Shown here one piece after another: positions 58,515 through 64,000 of a DNA stretch of 64,000 bases. The notes under the pieces were generated by a model, which saw only the letters and a program-made list of their open reading frames with translations, had not been told where the DNA came from and made no database searches. The first letter of the stretch is position 1. Every line of letters begins with the position of its first letter. Position numbers and translations under genes: made by a program. The DNA is from Eledone cirrhosa (Eukaryota): assembly GCA_964016885.1 (NCBI GenBank), contig OZ024743.1, positions 41,230,001 through 41,294,000 on the forward strand, in the 5' to 3' direction.

Positions 58515-58932
58515 CAGAACACTAAGATAAATATAAAAGTTAGCAGGCTTTAACAAATACAGAAGCTTCTTCCTTACTATCGTGCAGTCGGGCTTCTCCC
58601 ATGAAAAATACATGCAAGTTTACAGTCATATTCACCTTGCGTGCGTGCTTGTAGTCAGCATAAATACTTCTGTATATCTCTGTATACATTCAGAGTTACA
58701 CCATAATCACACACATACTTGTTTCTATATAATGATTAACGTATATAGGCATTCACCTTGTTTTCAGCCTTTCTCTCATGTATATTTAAATAAAAAAAAC
58801 AATATATAAAGAACTAAATATATCTAGACCAGACTCTCTGACCTATCTGAAACAGACGGGTGTTTGTGAATATATGCATGCAACTTTGAATGTATGCATA
58901 TGTGCGGGAATAAAAATATACGTATACATGTA

Positions 58933-58992
<60 letters not shown>

Positions 58993-59407
58993 ATGTATGC
59001 ATGTGCATATGTATACAATTCTGTGTGACTGTAAGCATGTTAGTACGTATGTATGTGCGAACGCATGCAAATGTAGTTGTGTACATGCAAGTGAGTGTGT
59101 ATGCATGAAAATATGCATATATGCATGCACGTGTGAGTGGTGTGCATATGTGTAAATGCATGGCAGTTGCATGTATATGACATTTGTTTGTATCCTGTTG
59201 CATAGCAATTGGACAAACAGAGATTTGTGAACAGTGCGTAAGACTTACAAAGTAAAGGTAAGTAATGGGGTTAATACGATCGGTTAAACCTCTGGCTCGA
59301 TTTCAATGACTGAAACCAGTAAATGTATATGAACACACACATACATGCAAACACTCTCTCTCTCTTCCTCTCTCTCTCTATATATATATATATATCTCTC
59401 TCTCTCT

Positions 59408-59465
<58 letters not shown>

Positions 59466-59475
59466 ATAAAATGTA

Positions 59476-59806
59476 AAGGACCCTTCGGTAAGGAATGACG
59501 ATAGGATTTGTACCTAACAATTTCCTCTCCGTGTGACAAGTCCGGGCAAGATTGTTTGTGAAAGACCACCAGTTGCTCACGGCTAGCAAAATCCCCTCTC
59601 CATGCCACTGATGTTGTGCAAGGAAAAGGCTAAGGCCGATGCAGCTTGGCATCAGTGATATCACAACTCATTTCTAAAGCTGAGAAAACTGGAGCAATAT
59701 GAAATAAAGTGTCTTGTTGAACACAATGCAAAGCCCGGTTTGCTAATCAAACTCACAAGCTCAAAAGTGTAAGCCCCCGTTCGAACCACAAAGCCATGCA
59801 CCTTCA
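59476..59806 (-). mobile_element. tRNA-derived SINE
   Basis: Minus strand begins gtgaaggtgcatggctttgtggtt and contains caagacactttatttcatattgctccag, as in 13629-13749. Confidence 0.65.
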
Positions 59807-60261
59807 CACACACATATATATACATGCATAAAAACACACAAAATACTCGTATAATTAAAGTCATGGGATGCTCTGATATTAACATAAGGTCGTTGTGTGT
59901 AAGGGAATCGATATTTATTTCTACATACTTATCAATAAAACAGGTGACAAAACTAGAAATATTCATCGATGCGATAGACAGAAGGACAAATAATTAAATG
60001 GCTTGTGTAGTTAAACTTTTAAAACTCAGTACATGACTGTTACTTATTTTTTTGAACCCTATGAAAATTAAATCAACATCGATGGAATTTAAACGCAGAA
60101 GGTAAAAGTCATCTAACTAAATAGCAGGAAGGATTTTATTCGATATCCAATCGATTTTACCAGTCTCACACCTGTGTTTTTCTTGCCAGAATCTTCTTGT
60201 CACAAATATGACAATAACATCCGTTACCCCAATTTCCGAACATTGCAACAACAGAAACATC

Positions 60262-60466
60262 AATAATTGTTTCTACTCCTGGCACAAAGCCAGCAATTTG
60301 AAGGGGAGGGGAAATTGATCCCAATGCGTTAATGGTGCTTTAGTTTATCGACTACGTAAGGAAGAAAGGCAAAGCTAACCTCGGTGGGATTTGAACTCAG
60401 ACGTAAGGGACGTAACTTTATGTCACACAGCATAATGTCCGACGCCTTATCGATACTGCCAATCCA
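60262..60466 (-). mobile_element. Nin-domain-like SINE
   Basis: Homologous to 53830-54010. Confidence 0.7.
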
Positions 60467-62356
60467 CATTATATAAACCATTATACAAACAAAGATGCAC
60501 ACGTGGGAACAGTTACATAGTTAGTTACAAATAGCTACGTTTGTCTTAAATCATACATTAGCTCCCAAGAAAACGATGCATCGGTCGTTATGTTCATATT
60601 TTCTGCATTTAAGAAAAGTACAAGAGGATCAGTATTGTAGGGTATTTTATCAGAATTCTGGTTGATGTCTTTATTTTCCATGTGGTTTGATTAGAGTACG
60701 GCCTTCCTCGTGAATGTCTTGAAAGACCTGTTAGACTAGTGTGAAAAAGCCAAAGAATCATCACCACATGGTCCAGTTTATTTCCGAAAGAGAGTAAACT
60801 CCACTAAAAAGATCCTGGGCAACATGGTAGTCTCAAACATGTAATAAATAATGACAAGCTAAAAAATGAATAAATAAAAAGAAGGCAGTTAAGTTTCCTT
60901 TCTATTGTTTCCAACGAAAAAGTAGACTCCGCTAAACATATCCAAATGTTACGTAGTAGTCTTAAACAAAGAACGTCTACACAACCAATAATAATATCTC
61001 AAGAAAGCAGCCCTCCTATAGGTTCCTACACATTTTCGAGCACTAAATTTCACTCGCATCTATTTATTAGAATCGTGGCAATGGTAGAAGAGACAGGGAG
61101 AATGAATCTCGCGTCATGTGATCGAGATTGACACATCATGGTTATATATAGAAGTTATTGGTAAACAGAGTCATGTCGCAGCTGGTAGGGCGAAAATGAG
61201 TAAATACAATAGATTGTCACATCAGAAGTTCAAACTACTTCAAAAACGACACAGAAAAATTAATATGATAAATTTTACGGCTCACAACTATGCAATTTGT
61301 TGGTAACTTATGGGGCTGCATATCAAATAAGGTTCTCGAATGTTTTAATAGTAGGAACCCCAGTTGTATTAGAAATAGCTACGGGGAATGCGGTGTCTTG
61401 CTCACGAAACATACTGCTCCGTTCCGGAATCGAAGCCACATTCTTATCACCTTGAGCCTACACACTAATCGCCAGGGTATGGACCTGCACAATATACGGC
61501 ACATCAAATAACTAAAACATGTGTGAGTATTTAAAATATTGAAATAAGCTGTTGAAAGCCACCACACCTCATGTTATATCAATATTGTCGGTATTATTTA
61601 ATCACAGGTCAACCCTAAATGAACATAAACAATTTAAAAGGACTTTCAGGGGACAACATCCTATAATTATTTCACACAGAGCATAATAACAAACAAAGAC
61701 ATAATAAACGATTGTATGGTGCAATTTTCGGTGAATTACACTGCCTTTTCCTGTTGGTGCTGCAGGTCTGTAGTTGCTCACCTGTTCGCTAACTGCCTTA
61801 ACGTATATAGTAAATACCCCTTTGCTACCTAACTTTTTTTTAAATTAGCAGACAAAATGACTGAGTGTTTTACTGGCACGAGCAAACTTATAATTCTCGA
61901 CATGACAAACCATTGAATTACATATACAACACAGCTAATTGATTTGATAACAGATTCTGGCAAACCAAATTTAGTCGTAAAGCTTGGCTTGACGCGAGTC
62001 TATTGTAAATTCATGCACAATATACCACAAATGGGGATCGACAGAGGAAGCTCGTAATTCAAGTATACGTACGTATATATGGCATTATGATATATGACAT
62101 AAAGATATTGTTATTTTAAATGTATAGTATGTCTTATATGGTAAGTAGCTTATGGTAGAAGATTGATTACTTGTATATGAAAGTAGAGGCACAATTCCGT
62201 TTTTCCACTTTAAATATATTATAATTATTTTCTATTAAATCAGAATTGCTAAGAAATGTTTGTGTTTTATTATATTCTAATACTTCACATGTTATACATA
62301 GAACTTCCACCTATCAAATAATATTTATACACATACATACACTATATATATATATA

Positions 62357-62408
62357 TCAGAAGGGTGAAAGCAGCGATTCTTTGCTTAAACTTTAATATG
62401 TTATTTTA

Positions 62409-62413
<5 letters not shown>
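62357..62413 (+). mobile_element. Family A pLTR micro-fragment in (TA)n
   Basis: agggtgaaagcagcgattctttgcttaaactttaatatgttattttaataaat. Confidence 0.8.
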
Positions 62414-62470
<57 letters not shown>

Positions 62471-62474
<4 letters not shown>

Positions 62475-62947
62475 ACATTTTTAAAGCCGACGGCAGAGCT
62501 CAAGCCGTTTCGACGGCGTGAGCTCTGCCGTCAGGGTTTCGATGACAGCCATCATGTCAGGTACACATGTTGTTGAAGTGTGTTTTACTCCGTCAATACA
62601 TCGATATGTCCAGTTCCTGGTTGTGTTGTTATTCCTCTGAGGAACTGGAATAACAACACAACCAGGAACTGGACATATCGACGTATTGACGGAGTAAAAC
62701 ACACATTAACCACATGAGTACTATCTTTTTACACCAATTCGGACTGCCTGAAGAAGTCACAGCCAATGATGGCAGTCACCGAAATATATATAGCAGTATA
62801 TCTATAATTTATAATAACCGAAGCCACATTTTTCATATTTGACTTATTTTTTTACATTACTCAGGAGAAAACAGATCAACCTGCGTATTTCGTCGAGTGC
62901 TCCAATCTGCATACTAGGGTGTCGGTAAACAACCAACATTTATTCGA
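62471..62947 (+). mobile_element. Composite insert: family C hairpin plus family E foldback and 3' end
   Basis: gacggcagagctca..tgagctctgccgtc (C); inverted repeat 62561-62721; then homology to 16705-17002 (E). Confidence 0.75.
62743..62797 (+). ncRNA. Type I hammerhead (family E)
   Basis: ACTGC-CTGAAGA-AGTCACAGCCA-atga-TGGCAGTCACC-GAAA-TATATA-TA-GCAGT; first stem II pair is A-C. Confidence 0.75.
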
Positions 62948-63273
62948 AAAAGAAAAAAAATATATATATATATATACATAAGCTCTTAAGCTACTTTGGT
63001 GATACACAGTACTAAAAACTCGGATTTAAGCACTTGCCAAAATTGTATAAGAAAATTAATTACGAAAATTTAAGACATTCAGACACAGTTGTAACCTTTC
63101 CTACACAACTGAAGAAAAAGAAAAAAAAACAATATATATCAATATATGCATCCACCTACTTTACAGAGATTTTGTATTCGTGATCCTAAGTATGCATATA
63201 TGTAACTGCACACAAACACACGAAAAATGATGTGGAATTGTCTATGTATGAGTGTATCTATCTATTTAATTTT

Positions 63274-63310
<37 letters not shown>

Positions 63311-63699
63311 TATATATATATACATATGTGTGTTTTCCAATCCCACATTTACCACCATTTAGAAGAATTACTTCAATATGAATGTATTATCACGTCACAT
63401 TGAACTGATAGTAAGTCTTACACCAAGTATATCATATAAACTCATAGAGTACACACACATATAGCCTGACATATTCGCAGTATGTGAAGCTCATTATTCA
63501 ATAACAATATATTATATCATATTATTTATTGATGTTTATACACGGAACAAAAGCGCTACCTGAGGTTTAAAGGCTCAGTATTGTCCATATCAACAGAATG
63601 TGATATTGATCAAAATTGAGACAAAATCTTTATGCGCTTATACGAATTTATCTTACATAGCTAGTAAGGGATGTTTTGTGTACTACAGAAAGTATGGCT

Positions 63700-64000
63700 G
63701 AAATAGCCACAAAAACAGTAGTGGTCCAAAGACAGTCCCTTGGGGCACCACACTTTTTACTAATGTTTCCTAAAAAATCAGGCGTCTGTCTTCTATGAAG
63801 TCTTACAGCCACCCACCTAATTGTCTAATATCATACAATAGTCGATATTGTCGAAGACCTTCACAATGTCGAGATATGTCGCATCCAGATTTGGGTGGTC
63901 CAGAAGCTGTATCAGTACCAAATCTTACTGATGTATAAGCCGTGTAAGGAAGCTTCAACTTGGGCTAAAGCCATGCTGGGTGTTAGCTAGGAAGTCATTT
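63700..64000 (-). mobile_element. Degraded CR1-like RT fragment, cut by the window end
   Basis: Minus-strand NTQHGF and VKSVVPQGTVFGPL motifs. Confidence 0.7.

Overview
AT-rich animal genomic DNA, intergenic or intronic, with no supportable host protein-coding exon. The repeat landscape resembles an octopus/cephalopod genome (inference). Almost all ORFs in the track are translations of (TA)n, (GA)n, (CA)n and (TAG)n microsatellites. Real content: (1) one near full-length, doubly frameshifted Penelope-like retroelement (RT plus C-terminal GIY-YIG, Hydra-clade-like, with pseudo-LTRs) at 27516-31066; (2) about 25 short non-coding Penelope-type inserts of several families, mostly sitting in (TA)n, many with an 'inverted arm + direct arm + tail' layout; (3) about ten type I hammerhead ribozyme motifs inside those inserts, including non-canonical ones (U-U closing stem II, a conserved C-C mismatch, and a (UA)n stem III whose cleavage would leave an RNA end complementary to the (TA)n target); (4) an internally deleted mariner with long TIRs plus a decayed mariner fragment; (5) CR1-like and RTE LINE fragments and tRNA-derived SINEs; (6) minisatellites; (7) a 2.6 kb duplication across a 200-N gap that is probably an assembly artefact. 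The best candidate for an under-described system is the (TA)n-targeting, hammerhead-bearing network of Penelope-type elements. All structures were paired by eye; nothing was computed or searched.
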